DNA from: a virus
Lineage: Duplodnaviria > Caudoviricetes
Virus record (IMG/VR): IMGVR_UViG_3300028844_004840
Span: 32,001-96,000 of that record
Direction: 5' to 3' (one strand)
Length of the DNA stretch: 64,000 bases
This document shows positions 37,810 through 48,330 of the stretch, piece by piece. Within the stretch, counting starts at the first letter, position 1. Each line of letters begins with the position of its first letter. Position numbers and translations under genes: made by a program. The notes under the pieces were generated by a model. It was not told where the DNA came from. It did not search any database and was given only the letters and a program-made list of their open reading frames with translations.

Positions 37810-40800
37810 TAGTTTTGGACGTCTCGCGCTCGGTACTGTGGGTGCCATAATCGGCGCACCATTACTCTTATCAGGGGTAGGATTCTCTATTGGGTCTGCA
37901 CTGGGCGGATTTATATTCGCACCAGAGGTGGACGGACCGAATGTCGAAGGACCGCGTGTTGGTGACACTGACGTTGCGACCTCTACGCTTGGTAAAACGT
38001 TGCCGGAGCACTACGGTGTGACACGTTCTGCTGGTAATATAATTTGGTCAGCCGGACTTAAAGAAGTAAAAACGACCGAGGAAATAGAAGGAGGCGGCAA
38101 GGGTGGAGGAAGTGCTGGAACCTCATCCACTTACTCATATTTTGCCAACTTCGCCTCAGCCTTCGGGCGCGGCAGAGCTGCGGATATCCTGCGCCTTTGG
38201 GCCGATGGAAAACTTATTTACGACGTCAGCGGCACGGACGCTATACAAAACGACAAATATAAATTCCGTTTCTATGAAGGGACGTCGGACCAAGCAGTAG
38301 ATCCTTTAATACAAGAATCTGTCAATCGACGTCTACAAGGACTTCCTGACGTAAACGAAGGGAGTGGTCAACAGGCTTCTTTTAGAACTATTTTTGATCT
38401 TGTAAACGACGCTCAGATCGCGGCAGCGGCAGGAGACCCTCGCGCGTCGCTATACGCCACATATTTGGAAGAATTAGAAGCAAACGCCCCTCAAGGGATT
38501 CCAAATGACTACGGGTTTACACCTGCGTATCGCGATACGTGTATGATTGTATTTGAAAACATGCCTCTGGAGGACTTTGGTAACCGAATTCCGAACATAA
38601 CAGCAGAAATTGCGTGGGGGGACATTCCACAATCTATTGCAGATTCGGATGGAGGACCGCGCCAAGTGACTGTCCTAGAGAATTCTTCAAACACCGCTGT
38701 CCCTCTAAATGGTGTTGGGGTAGATTCGGGGCGCGGAATTATTATAGTTCGATCAGAAGACCGCCTGCGAAAGTTCTCCTCCATTGCTGGGTCGGAGACT
38801 TTGAATAGACCTGCCACACAGAGCGTGGGGGAGGTAGGATCCGTCGCCGTCTCTCAAATAATTGGGGAAACCGATACTGGAGACATGGTAACTAAATTAA
38901 CCACCGACACCGGGACAACTATTTTAGGAAAGATAAGCTCCACGTCGCTCTTAATCACTGGCGCGGTTTCCGACGATGGACAGTTACACACATTAGATAA
39001 TCGCGTGTCTGAAATAACTTTCGGGGCGTCTCTAGGAACGCGTACAGATACCGAGTTATTTGCGGGAATTAGTCCTAGTGGATATTTTTACGCCCTGCGC
39101 ACAGATACGCCCAACCTACAGCGTGTATACGGTGGCCCTGAATCAGAGGCTCGTAATGTGCTTGACTTCCTACGCGGTAACGTCAGATTTATAGGCGATG
39201 GTCCGATGTGTAGTGCGGGGTTAGGCACGGTGTACGCTCTTGCGCATGACGATACGAGATGGCAGTTAGTGAGAGCCGAGGTAGAGTGGGGCGGTGAGGT
39301 CAGTTTCGCTACCTTACTTGGTAGAAATTCTTCGGGGGTGGCTGTAGACGGCGACACCGTAACAGATAGATTCTCTCTCGATGGTAGAACGGTGTCCAGT
39401 GTCGTTTACGATTCTTCGGAAAATCGTATTTACACGCTATTCCGCGTCGGAACTACTGCGGGACAGGTTCGTAAGTATACCCCCAACGGCTCGTTGGTAT
39501 ATGCAAAATCACTTACGCTACCACCTCCAATGCCTGAGTCCGGTATTCAAAGATCTTCGATAACAAACGGTAAAATAGTTTACGCCCACGAGGCGTCTGT
39601 AGCAGAAATTGACCTCATTACAGGGGATGAAACCGTGTACGCAGGCGTGTTAACAGGAAACGCTACTGCGGATGTGCAGATATACGAATCTGCTAGAGAC
39701 ACCCTTTATACATGGGTAGACGGATCTCCATACAAAATCGAGTTAGGAAAAAACAGCTCAGTCTCCACGTATCAGACTAATAATACGTTGCAACGCGTGG
39801 TGTCGTCCATATGCACGCGCACTGGAATGCGTGCTGACGAATATGACGTCAGCGGAATTGCCCCAGAGCATTTTGTGCGCGGATACACTGTCGGCAGACC
39901 GTCGACAGGCCGAGCAGCTCTGGAAAAACTTCTCCTAGCTTACTTTGTTGATGGAATAGAAAGTGACTATACGGTAAAATTCAGTGACAGAACAGTAACC
40001 CCCGTGCGTACTATATTTGAGGATGATCTAGGCACATTGAACGGCCCAACAGGTGCAATTAACTTTTTAGAATCACGTGCGCCTGACTACGGATTGCCTG
40101 TTGAGGTGAATGTGGTATACAATGATCAAGACCGCGACTATCAGCAAGGTACGGCGCAGTTTAGACGTGTGTCACAGCCTGTGCAGGTAATGCATTCCAA
40201 TAAAACGGACAATGTGGAAATACCTATAGTATTCACCGAGCCAGAAGCTGCAGACATCGCACAGCGTATATTATTTATGGCGTGGCAGTCCCGCGACTCT
40301 GGTAAAACCCAAACACATTGGTCTCATTTGGATTTGGATCCGGGGGACGTAGTTAATATTGCGTTTAACGATGGGCGAACTATTACAGATAGAATAGGAA
40401 AATCCACAGTCGGAGCAAATTTCGAGATAGAGATGGAGACCTCACGTTCAGGGGATCCGGTATATACGGCAAGTACGTTGTCCCCTTTACTTACGGGGAG
40501 CGTTCCGTCAAATGGAATATTAACGCCCGTACACACCGAACTGTTCGTACTAGATACACCACTACTGGAGGATTACCACGATCTAGGCCGATCCGCGTTC
40601 CGCTACTACACGGCAGTAGGCTCCGAAACAACCCAATGGTTGTCCGCGACCTTGTACGCCTCTTTCAACAGCACACAGTATCAAAGTTTTGATTCATCAA
40701 ATGTAGATATCACGTGGGGGCAATGTCAGAATGTGCTGAAAGCACCGCGCGCGTTGTGGTGCACAGATACTGAAAACACCCTTACAATATTGTTGTCGGT

Positions 40801-41539
40801 GGATAATGAGGACGTCGCGTCGGTTACTCGTGATGAAATTATAAACAATAAAGCTAATCGCGCCTTCGTGTGGAACCCTCACACGGGAGAAGGAGAACTG
40901 ATTCAATTCCAAGATGTTGTAATAAATAGTGATAACTCCATAACGATAAGTAATATATCACGCGGATTGCGCGGTACAGATTATGCCGCGTACACCCACG
41001 TACCCGGAGAATATTTCTTATTTGTAAATGAATCCGCATATTTGTCACAAACCAATCCACTGGAAGTATTGGGGTCAACCGAATATTTTAGAGCCGTATC
41101 CATAGGAGGACTTCTCGCTTCTACACCTACGGTCACAACCACATGGCAGGGACGTGATTTGCGTCCGTATGCTCCGTCACGAATTCGCCGCGCCACTTCG
41201 GGGGAGACCCTAACCGTATCGTGGGAACGTCGTACCCGTATTGGTGGGGAGTGGAACATGTTCGTGAGTGACGTGGAAATAGTACCGCTGAACGAAGACA
41301 GTGAATCGTACGAATTCTATTTACTGCTACAGGGTACAGCGGCGTTGGATGCTTTTGATCCGGACGATGCGTCAACATATTCGCTCAAACGCGTGGTGTC
41401 TTCCCCTAACTATACCGTAACTGCCGAGGAACTAATCGCGGCAGGGCTTACAACAGGCGATCCTATCAATATTGCGGTGGCGCAGGTCAGTGCCCAAGTA
41501 GGGCGCGGCTTTGTAGCCAGCGGAGAACTGGCCCCATAA
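37802..41539 (+). CDS. central tail fibre / host-specificity protein (GTA gp15-like)
   Basis: YG..R.AGNIIW, RLWADGKL, PAYR.....VFE..PLEDFGNRIPN, W.RRTR.GG. Confidence 0.85.
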   Translation: MSSSFGRLALGTVGAIIGAPLLLSGVGFSIGSALGGFIFAPEVDGPNVEGPRVGDTDVATSTLGKTLPEHYGVTRSAGNIIWSAGLKEVKTTEEIEGGGKGGGSAGTSSTYSYFANFASAFGRGRAADILRLWADGKLIYDVSGTDAIQNDKYKFRFYEGTSDQAVDPLIQESVNRRLQGLPDVNEGSGQQASFRTIFDLVNDAQIAAAAGDPRASLYATYLEELEANAPQGIPNDYGFTPAYRDTCMIVFENMPLEDFGNRIPNITAEIAWGDIPQSIADSDGGPRQVTVLENSSNTAVPLNGVGVDSGRGIIIVRSEDRLRKFSSIAGSETLNRPATQSVGEVGSVAVSQIIGETDTGDMVTKLTTDTGTTILGKISSTSLLITGAVSDDGQLHTLDNRVSEITFGASLGTRTDTELFAGISPSGYFYALRTDTPNLQRVYGGPESEARNVLDFLRGNVRFIGDGPMCSAGLGTVYALAHDDTRWQLVRAEVEWGGEVSFATLLGRNSSGVAVDGDTVTDRFSLDGRTVSSVVYDSSENRIYTLFRVGTTAGQVRKYTPNGSLVYAKSLTLPPPMPESGIQRSSITNGKIVYAHEASVAEIDLITGDETVYAGVLTGNATADVQIYESARDTLYTWVDGSPYKIELGKNSSVSTYQTNNTLQRVVSSICTRTGMRADEYDVSGIAPEHFVRGYTVGRPSTGRAALEKLLLAYFVDGIESDYTVKFSDRTVTPVRTIFEDDLGTLNGPTGAINFLESRAPDYGLPVEVNVVYNDQDRDYQQGTAQFRRVSQPVQVMHSNKTDNVEIPIVFTEPEAADIAQRILFMAWQSRDSGKTQTHWSHLDLDPGDVVNIAFNDGRTITDRIGKSTVGANFEIEMETSRSGDPVYTASTLSPLLTGSVPSNGILTPVHTELFVLDTPLLEDYHDLGRSAFRYYTAVGSETTQWLSATLYASFNSTQYQSFDSSNVDITWGQCQNVLKAPRALWCTDTENTLTILLSVDNEDVASVTRDEIINNKANRAFVWNPHTGEGELIQFQDVVINSDNSITISNISRGLRGTDYAAYTHVPGEYFLFVNESAYLSQTNPLEVLGSTEYFRAVSIGGLLASTPTVTTTWQGRDLRPYAPSRIRRATSGETLTVSWERRTRIGGEWNMFVSDVEIVPLNEDSESYEFYLLLQGTAALDAFDPDDASTYSLKRVVSSPNYTVTAEELIAAGLTTGDPINIAVAQVSAQVGRGFVASGELAP

Positions 41540-41604
41540 CCACATTTACTTGACAATGGGCACCACACCACGTACAAAAATAACACATCCGCAGGAGTTA
41601 CACG

Positions 41605-42342
41605 ATGCCACTAGGTAAAACACCTATACTACAAACCGATTTGATGGCCCAATCCGATAACAACAAATTTTTGTTATTCAATGACGCCATCGTAAAACTA
41701 GAAGATTCCATCCAGCGTTCCAGTATTATTACGATTGGTTCTGATGTGAATATAGCACTGGTGGAATCCCAGTTACTAGGGTTTGGGGTGCAGTTACTGC
41801 AAGACGCGACTGTTCCATATACCGTGACGATCCCCGCAACAGTTGGATCCCCCGCCATACCCACAAATAGAATGTTGGCGTTCATCAACACATCGGGGCA
41901 AACCGCAATAATCACACACGGTGTCGGCGCGTTCGTGACAATTCCGACAGGAGAGGGGGTCATGGTGTATGCTGATGGAACTAATGTCGTCGCGGTTGCG
42001 GGTGCGGGTGCGGGAAGTACTCCACCACCACTGACCATTGTAACTGAATCCGCTGCGAACACATCCCGTACATCGGCTGAAACAGACATTGGTGCGTATA
42101 TAATTTCAAACAACGCAACAGGGTACACGTATAATATCTCGGTAGATGCTTCTGACATCATCCCTATTGGCACCGTGATCAGTTTTGAACAGGGTTCTAC
42201 AGGCCAAATTACTTTCGCCGCCGAGGTCGGGGTGTCGCTTCGAGCTACGGGACAATTGACAACACGTACACAATATTCGGTATGCCGCATAACAAAAGTA
42301 GCGACGGACACGTGGACATTGGATGGCGATACAGCGCCGTAA
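41605..42342 (+). CDS. tail fibre-associated protein (DUF2793-like N-terminus)
   Basis: TP.L...LMAQ....K....NDA..KL; C-terminal TR.QYS.....K...DTW.L.GD. Confidence 0.6.
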   Translation: MPLGKTPILQTDLMAQSDNNKFLLFNDAIVKLEDSIQRSSIITIGSDVNIALVESQLLGFGVQLLQDATVPYTVTIPATVGSPAIPTNRMLAFINTSGQTAIITHGVGAFVTIPTGEGVMVYADGTNVVAVAGAGAGSTPPPLTIVTESAANTSRTSAETDIGAYIISNNATGYTYNISVDASDIIPIGTVISFEQGSTGQITFAAEVGVSLRATGQLTTRTQYSVCRITKVATDTWTLDGDTAP

Positions 42343-42361
42343 AGTTATAGGAAATACACTG

Positions 42362-43150
42362 ATGCAAATCACAAACCATAAAATAACACCTTCAATAGAT
42401 TCGCCCTCCCCGAATAAAAGCGGTGTGATCTCACCAAAATTCATCGTCATGCATTACACCGCAGGATTTACAGAGGAGTCTGCCGTCAATACCTTGACTC
42501 GAAGTGGTTCAGGTGTATCGGCACATTTAACACTTGGCCTAAATGGTACCTTATATCAGCACGTTCCCTTTAACCGCAAAGCGTGGCATGCTGGACCTTC
42601 CCGCCACATGGGATACAGCGGATTGAATAGTCATTCAATTGGCATAGAAATTGTGAACGCGGGATGGTTTCGCCGCGATACAGACGGTAATTACGTTCGC
42701 AACAATATCGTCCGTCGTCCTGACCAAATGCCTCCGATGATCGAAGCTGCTAACAGTCGTGTAGGTTCAGGGACGCTTTACTGGCCCCAGTATACAGACG
42801 CACAGTTGGAGGCCCTTGACGACATCACATCGGCAATCGTTACTGACTACAACATTCTCGATATCGTAACCCACGAAGAAATCGACACACGCGGATGGAA
42901 GACTGATCCTGGCCCCGCATTTCCAATGCAACGCTATAATAACCTTATGGGCGGGCGCGACATAGACGCTGATACCTACGCTGTCACCGCAAGCTCGCTT
43001 AACGTTCGTAGTGGCCCCGGTGTGAACTACGCAAAGATTGGGGACTCTCTTTCAAAAGGTTCTCTTGTCACACCGACAGATGTGCGTGGCAACTGGACTA
43101 GAATCAGCGGAGATGGTTGGGTACACAATGGATATCTGCAACGCGTCTAA
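42362..43150 (+). CDS. endolysin, N-acetylmuramoyl-L-alanine amidase with SH3b domain
   Basis: IVMHYT, SAH, AWHAG, N..SIGIE, H..I....K.DPG; LNVRSGPG; SD AGGA before ATG 42362. Confidence 0.9.
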   Translation: MQITNHKITPSIDSPSPNKSGVISPKFIVMHYTAGFTEESAVNTLTRSGSGVSAHLTLGLNGTLYQHVPFNRKAWHAGPSRHMGYSGLNSHSIGIEIVNAGWFRRDTDGNYVRNNIVRRPDQMPPMIEAANSRVGSGTLYWPQYTDAQLEALDDITSAIVTDYNILDIVTHEEIDTRGWKTDPGPAFPMQRYNNLMGGRDIDADTYAVTASSLNVRSGPGVNYAKIGDSLSKGSLVTPTDVRGNWTRISGDGWVHNGYLQRV

Positions 43151-43158
43151 GGATTAAA

Positions 43159-43479
43159 ATGATTTCGTTAATTGCTGTTTTTCTCGGAGGCGTTACGATC
43201 TACCGCGCGCGTCAGTCCGGCATGGAATGGATCGCAATAATAGCGGTGTTATCTAAGTATTTTAATTTTCTTATTGGCGGTGACCTGTACGAGACTTTTT
43301 CCGCCAGAACTGGTCGCCACGTCCGAGACAGTGATGCACCTGCCTATGCTTGGAATATATGCTGCTTAGTGCTCGATTGCGCGTTCATTGTGGTAGAACG
43401 AAATCATTGTCACGCTTCCGCAAGAAGAAAAATAGAATATGATATGAAACTATGTGGTAAACATGCCACATACAAATAG
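43159..43479 (+). CDS. hypothetical membrane protein
   Basis: SD AAGGA; GG...ET.S.R.G...C..LD.....NHC pattern. Confidence 0.6.
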   Translation: MISLIAVFLGGVTIYRARQSGMEWIAIIAVLSKYFNFLIGGDLYETFSARTGRHVRDSDAPAYAWNICCLVLDCAFIVVERNHCHASARRKIEYDMKLCGKHATYK

Positions 43480-43499
43480 AATGGAGTGAGAGTTTATAG

Positions 43500-43997
43500 A
43501 TGAATCTTAAAGCATTACTACCCGACCCAGCCACCATCGATGAAACACTGCAGCAGATGTATTTTGTACGCGCTGTGCTGAAAGAATCCATTCACCACCA
43601 CGCCACGGAGGCGCTAAAAGACGCCCAGTATATACTGGATGTTGCCCAAGCAAGTGGTCCTGTGGTTGATACGTACACTGCACAGCATTCGTATACAGAA
43701 AATACTAGACGTGTTAAAGATGGAATTAATGCCGCGAGTATAATCAATCAAGGAATTTTAAATCTAGAAGAGACTACTGATCCTGAGATTGACGATTCCA
43801 ACGAAGAATACAAGGTGGATACAATGGATATCCCCGTAATAAGCGCGCTGGTTGAAGGTGCTGCTAATCGTTTTAACGCTGCAGTGGAGTCTTTTCCAAA
43901 AAACCCTCGCCCAGGCACACGCTGCAATGGTAGTATATACTCGGTTCAGTCCCAAGATGAAACCGATGGGGAAGATCCCCATGAACCGGACACATGA
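43500..43997 (+). CDS. hypothetical protein
   Basis: 165-aa ORF in the lysis operon. Confidence 0.6.
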   Translation: MNLKALLPDPATIDETLQQMYFVRAVLKESIHHHATEALKDAQYILDVAQASGPVVDTYTAQHSYTENTRRVKDGINAASIINQGILNLEETTDPEIDDSNEEYKVDTMDIPVISALVEGAANRFNAAVESFPKNPRPGTRCNGSIYSVQSQDETDGEDPHEPDT

Positions 43998-44008
43998 GGA
44001 GATAAATA

Positions 44009-44326
44009 ATGTCTAAAGATACTAATAAAGTCCTCTCCGAACCCGTAAGCCGATCTAGACGATCCTATTTCATATTTCTTGTTGTAGGATACGCCTTAAT
44101 ATCTGCCACCGTGTTCACAGCCTTGGCTGGTTTAGGACTATTGACAACGCAGGCTTCGCTAATTACACTGTATGTGGAAGCCGCGCTAGGTCTCGCAGGA
44201 ATCTCAACTGTTGCCTATGTGGGCGGATCGTCAATTGACTACAACGGCGGGTTTGGAAACATGTTCCGACGAGACAGTCAGGAAGATCCGTATGCACCTC
44301 CGAAGCAAGAAGAGGCAAAAGGGTAA
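44009..44326 (+). CDS. putative holin
   Basis: Two hydrophobic helices, charged termini, SD GAGGAG, next to the spanins. Confidence 0.6.
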   Translation: MSKDTNKVLSEPVSRSRRSYFIFLVVGYALISATVFTALAGLGLLTTQASLITLYVEAALGLAGISTVAYVGGSSIDYNGGFGNMFRRDSQEDPYAPPKQEEAKG

Positions 44327-44703
44327 TGAATATTTTAGCTTTACTGAGTTGGTTCAATCCAAAACGTTTGCTCGTACTAGGCGGCGCACTTGTATTGATG
44401 TACGTAGTGTATATGGCGACACTATTCATTGCCGAGAAATATGAGCTAGAGAATCAAGTACGTATGCAGCGAACAGTGATTCAGCAAAATCAGATAAGAA
44501 TAGATGGCCTCGTAACGTCGCTTAACTTAGCGAATGAGGCAACGGCTGTAGCGGAGGAAATATTGAATTCGGAAATACAGCGATCTGTAGAAATTGAATC
44601 TGCGCGTCAGCGCGCTCTGCAAGTGGATCCAGAAGACAACGGTGCGGTGGCCCCAGTTCTACTAGATGCTTTAGATACAATTAGAGAGTTTTCCAATGAA
44701 TAA
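44326..44703 (+). CDS. i-spanin (Rz-like)
   Basis: N-terminal TM helix, coiled coil, ends D.G.VAPVL..AL. Confidence 0.75.
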   Translation: MNILALLSWFNPKRLLVLGGALVLMYVVYMATLFIAEKYELENQVRMQRTVIQQNQIRIDGLVTSLNLANEATAVAEEILNSEIQRSVEIESARQRALQVDPEDNGAVAPVLLDALDTIREFSNE

Positions 44704-45031
44704 ATTGGCAACATGTATTTCGGTTTTGTGCCTTTTAACGGCGTGCGCCGTGCCTAAAGAAGTGACAGTGGTGGAACCCGTATATATAAATATACAAGTT
44801 CCGGAGACGCTTATGGCTTCCTGTAATATTCCCGTACCGCCTACTCGTGCAACTCTTGAATCGCTTGGTGCAGAAGCCCAAAGTGTTGTCGCTGCATGGA
44901 CGTTGGCGCTTCACGGAGCACTAGAAACCTGTGCGGATCGTCAAGATGGATTAGTACGTGTAATACGTAATTATCAGGCAGAAATACGTCGTCAAAACGC
45001 GATGAAGTCAGGTAAAATTAAAGGGCCGTGA
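44696..45031 (+). CDS. o-spanin lipoprotein (Rz1-like)
   Basis: Lipobox LTAC, Pro-rich segment, overlaps the i-spanin. Confidence 0.75.
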   Translation: MNKLATCISVLCLLTACAVPKEVTVVEPVYINIQVPETLMASCNIPVPPTRATLESLGAEAQSVVAAWTLALHGALETCADRQDGLVRVIRNYQAEIRRQNAMKSGKIKGP

Positions 45032-45047
45032 AAGGCCCTTTAATTAA
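45016..45047. terminator. bidirectional terminator at the convergence of the two arms
   Basis: AATTAAAGGGCC-GTGAAA-GGCCCTTTAATT. Confidence 0.8.
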
Positions 45048-45055
45048 TAGGTATA

Positions 45056-45511
45056 TCAACGTCCTGTAGAACCGAATTTACCCGACCCACGCGCCGTGTC
45101 ATCAAGATCTTCAACTACGCATGGCGTGCTCAATTCACACGGCAGTATTAGCATCTGAGCGATACGATCCCCGTGATTAAATGCTATAGGGTACTCGCCA
45201 GAGTTTAACACAGCTACCATTATCTCACCACGGTAATCAGAATCGATTACTCCTGCGAGAATTTCCAATCCGTGTGCTACGGCTAGCCCGCTACGCGGGG
45301 CGATCTGACCATAAAACCCGTCAGGAATAGCCACGGCGATACCAGTTTTAAGAACCGCGCGTTCGTTTGTGTCGAGAAAGAACGTGGCAGCAGGCTTTTG
45401 ATTGATCCCGTACTGTGATGCCTCATCCCAATATAAGTCTAATCCTGCGGCAGTTTCGGACCCACGCGTCGGGAGCGTGGCAGTGTTCGTAAGTAGTTTT
45501 GTCGGGAGCAT
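45056..45511 (-). CDS. dut: trimeric dUTPase
   Basis: AGLDL, PRSGLA, GVIDSDYRGE, GDRIAQ, RG.G.FGSTG. Confidence 0.95.
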   Translation of the reverse strand: MLPTKLLTNTATLPTRGSETAAGLDLYWDEASQYGINQKPAATFFLDTNERAVLKTGIAVAIPDGFYGQIAPRSGLAVAHGLEILAGVIDSDYRGEIMVAVLNSGEYPIAFNHGDRIAQMLILPCELSTPCVVEDLDDTARGSGKFGSTGR

Positions 45512-45515
45512 AAGT

Positions 45516-45644
45516 TTAGTCCTTTGTTACTAAATCAGTTACTTCACCAATAGCCCATTTGCGCCAACCGTTGATGGTCATGCGGGCTACTGGACCAAGT
45601 GCGGCACCGATTAAGATGCCAATTCCAAGCGATAGTACACTCAT
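45516..45644 (-). CDS. small membrane protein (42 aa)
   Basis: MSVLSLGIGILIGAALGPVARMTINGWRKWAIGEVTDLVTKD; SD AGGAG; not in the track. Confidence 0.65.
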   Translation of the reverse strand: MSVLSLGIGILIGAALGPVARMTINGWRKWAIGEVTDLVTKD

Positions 45645-45700
45645 GGTAGTTCTCCTAGCATTTATTGTCCTAATGGACAAGAGTTAAAGTAATTTAAAGT

Positions 45701-45725
45701 GAAAACGCCGCAGAAAATGCGGCGT
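45701..45725 (-). terminator. terminator after the RNR gene
   Basis: ACGCCGCA/TGCGGCGT stem followed by TTT on the minus strand. Confidence 0.6.
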
Positions 45726-45751
45726 GATTTAGATGCAGACCCCACACGTGT

Positions 45752-47806
45752 TCATCGGATCGGACACGCACCCCCCGCGCATTCATCAAGATCTAGAAGT
45801 CCTTCCTGATCAGTGCCCTCGAAGTTCACTGCTTTTAGGGTCACGACATACGCTGCGTAGTCGTCTTGTGACACGGGCGTTTGCGGTAGATACGAATATC
45901 CAGCGTCTTTTGCGTATCCTTCTGGATCGCTAACCATCTTTACAGGATCGGGGCGGTACAAAAATGACACACCTACGTAAGAATCCCAATTAGCCAATAA
46001 CCAATCAATGATAGTCTCCACTTCTGTTAAATCATAGTAAATTGTGATTGAACAGTTGTGATCAACGTAGTGATCCTGCATCATCTTGTATCGTTCAAGT
46101 TGATCTAGAGCAGGCTCCATATTAACCTCAACGTTGACACCGTTAACTTCTACTGTGTCGAAATCTACATTACTGTATTCCGCAGGAATCACAACCAAGC
46201 GTGCTGTAGGATCGTATGGGTTTGGCTCGGTTTTGTACCCCGCCGCCTCCAAAGCTTTTAACATCGGATCTGCACCAGAAAAGTTGATGCGGTTGAAAAG
46301 ATACTTACCTAGAGGACGGTGCGCACCTTCCGATACTTCGTCGCCAACTAGGCCAAACACTTTAGATTGTGTTCCCGATGGTTTGATAGTGGTTTTCAGT
46401 TTCGCGCGTGGTAGTCCCAGCTCATCTGCCATGCTGTCACAGCCGTTATGCGCGACTGTACGAAGCCCTTCGAGCTGTTCGGCACTCGTGTGGCCTTCCC
46501 ATCCAATAATCCCTGTCAGACCCACTCCACACAAGCGGAGGAACTCATTCAATTCGTGCCACGTCTCTTGAAGCACGCCATCTTTAAGGTTGACGCAGGT
46601 TTGGCGATAGTTTGCGCGGGATATCAAATATATTGCGCGGTGAAGTCCTGCAAGATCTCCATTGAAGCGGGATACGGCAACCTCTACGAGGTTACAGAAT
46701 GATTTGTCCCCAAGCAAGATCTCCGCACAGGGATTTACACCCTTAAAGTGTGGCGCACGCTTTAGCGCTGCGATGGCGTTGATGAAGCCTGGCTCCGACC
46801 CCCCTGCATCCTCCATCAGTTCAAATATTTCGTGTAAGTCAGATTTAGTTGGAGTGTGGTAAAACAGCAACGAATTATTGGACATACCACGATGCCACAA
46901 CCCGTTCTCGTTGTGACCTTTCTTGGCTGTTGCAAATTCTTTCCACTCAGGCTCACCGAATGGATAGAGAGCGATTTCAGCAGAACGTCGGGATGACAGA
47001 ATCGTCCCCAAGAAATTTTCAATGTCTAGAATATCGATTGCGGTGAGAAGTTCACCCGCAGCTCTGTTCATGACCCCCACAATACCGTGAAGTGCCGTCG
47101 TAATCTGTTCGTCTCCAGAACTGATCCAACCGTAACCTGACAGGCGATAACCAGCAGGACGGATTTCAGATAAATCAATGATCAACTTTTTGGCACGTTT
47201 CTTACCTGCCATGATTTTACCGAAAAGCTTTGCCCAAGCCTCCGCGCTGTCTCCGACCTTGATCGTCCATACACCTGTACGCTTATTAAAAAACTCACGG
47301 TTGTTAGGGCGTCCTTTTAGAGCTGGATCAGAAATTGGATTTCCAGCTTCGTCGTGCGGGAGGACCTTAGTCGAACGAATGATTTCCAATTCAACGGGAG
47401 CAGTGAACCCGTTCAGAACTCCTACATTTCCGCGAAAGCCGACACCACAACCCTGTAGAAGAAGCCAAATTGTATCTACCACATCATGTACGGTCTGGAC
47501 TTCACCGAATGAGCAATTGAATTGGGAGGCTTCACGTTCTTTCGCCACATCTGTTCCACCCAGCCAGCGTGTACGCCCTGACACGGTAGCCTTTCGATCA
47601 ATAAATAGTTGGTAAAGTTCTTCTAGTTCATCTGCTTGGTCTGCATCAAGCGCATCGCCCTGCGCACGTTCCCACAACCAACGCTGATGATCAATGACGC
47701 GTCGCCACGCCTGATCAGGGGTTTCAAATTCTGTGCCGTTTTTGTTTGTGGGGCGTAGATACGTGCGACGCTCTACAATTTGAGCGCGTGCGCTTTGTTC
47801 AATCAT
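45752..47806 (-). CDS. nrdJ: class II (B12-dependent, monomeric type) ribonucleotide reductase
   Basis: RRTYLRP, FNCSF, G.GVGF, NPCAEI, FCNL.E, TTIKPSGT, C-terminal CAGGACP; SD GGAG before ATG 47806. Confidence 0.92.
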   Translation of the reverse strand: MIEQSARAQIVERRTYLRPTNKNGTEFETPDQAWRRVIDHQRWLWERAQGDALDADQADELEELYQLFIDRKATVSGRTRWLGGTDVAKEREASQFNCSFGEVQTVHDVVDTIWLLLQGCGVGFRGNVGVLNGFTAPVELEIIRSTKVLPHDEAGNPISDPALKGRPNNREFFNKRTGVWTIKVGDSAEAWAKLFGKIMAGKKRAKKLIIDLSEIRPAGYRLSGYGWISSGDEQITTALHGIVGVMNRAAGELLTAIDILDIENFLGTILSSRRSAEIALYPFGEPEWKEFATAKKGHNENGLWHRGMSNNSLLFYHTPTKSDLHEIFELMEDAGGSEPGFINAIAALKRAPHFKGVNPCAEILLGDKSFCNLVEVAVSRFNGDLAGLHRAIYLISRANYRQTCVNLKDGVLQETWHELNEFLRLCGVGLTGIIGWEGHTSAEQLEGLRTVAHNGCDSMADELGLPRAKLKTTIKPSGTQSKVFGLVGDEVSEGAHRPLGKYLFNRINFSGADPMLKALEAAGYKTEPNPYDPTARLVVIPAEYSNVDFDTVEVNGVNVEVNMEPALDQLERYKMMQDHYVDHNCSITIYYDLTEVETIIDWLLANWDSYVGVSFLYRPDPVKMVSDPEGYAKDAGYSYLPQTPVSQDDYAAYVVTLKAVNFEGTDQEGLLDLDECAGGACPIR

Positions 47807-47880
47807 TCGATATTCTCCGAAAATGGGATGGGATAGTGACGTCAAATTCACCTCTATCAAAGATGATTACGTGAACGACA

Positions 47881-47896
47881 ACACTATAGGTGGTAT
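47881..47896. promoter_or_regulatory. putative NrdR box
   Basis: ACACTATAGGTGGTAT vs consensus acaCwAtATaTwGtgt, upstream of nrdJ. Confidence 0.4.
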
Positions 47897-47979
47897 GCGA
47901 TAACCCGAAAATGGGTAAGACTTGTAATTTACCTCGAAAAAATCAGGATGTCAAACTAAATGATGTCAAGGCCGTGCGG

Positions 47980-48330
47980 TTATAATTTGTGGGGGATAAG
48001 CCCCGCCGCTTCGATGATTCTGTCGATGTGTGCGGGGCGACCGTCCAGTAAGTACCCGATATGGCGTTTTTCTGTAAATCTATCCCCCAATATCTCTTGC
48101 GCCTGTTCGAGCATGGATCGATCATCTTTTAGGTGCACGATGATCTCACCATTACGTGATAGGTGGCTTTCACGCTTTCGTCGGGCTTGTTTTGAGGGGC
48201 GGGGGATTCTGTACTGTTTGATGCATCGTCGGATAGTTGTGATACTCACATCAAAATGTTCGGCAATCTTTTCTCTTGTTAATCCCTGCTCTCGGAGAGC
48301 TACAATCTCTTCACGGGTCGGTGTCACCAT
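47980..48330 (-). CDS. helix-turn-helix DNA-binding protein
   Basis: LTREKIAEHFDVSITTIRR HTH. Confidence 0.75.
   Translation of the reverse strand: MVTPTREEIVALREQGLTREKIAEHFDVSITTIRRCIKQYRIPRPSKQARRKRESHLSRNGEIIVHLKDDRSMLEQAQEILGDRFTEKRHIGYLLDGRPAHIDRIIEAAGLIPHKL

Noticed and set aside
31792-41539. A host gene transfer agent cluster
   Set aside because: Only the tail-tip genes are GTA-like; they sit in a phage genome with its own head, lysis and replication genes.
47807-47979. Cobalamin riboswitch upstream of nrdJ
   Set aside because: No B12-box or recognisable conserved core seen.
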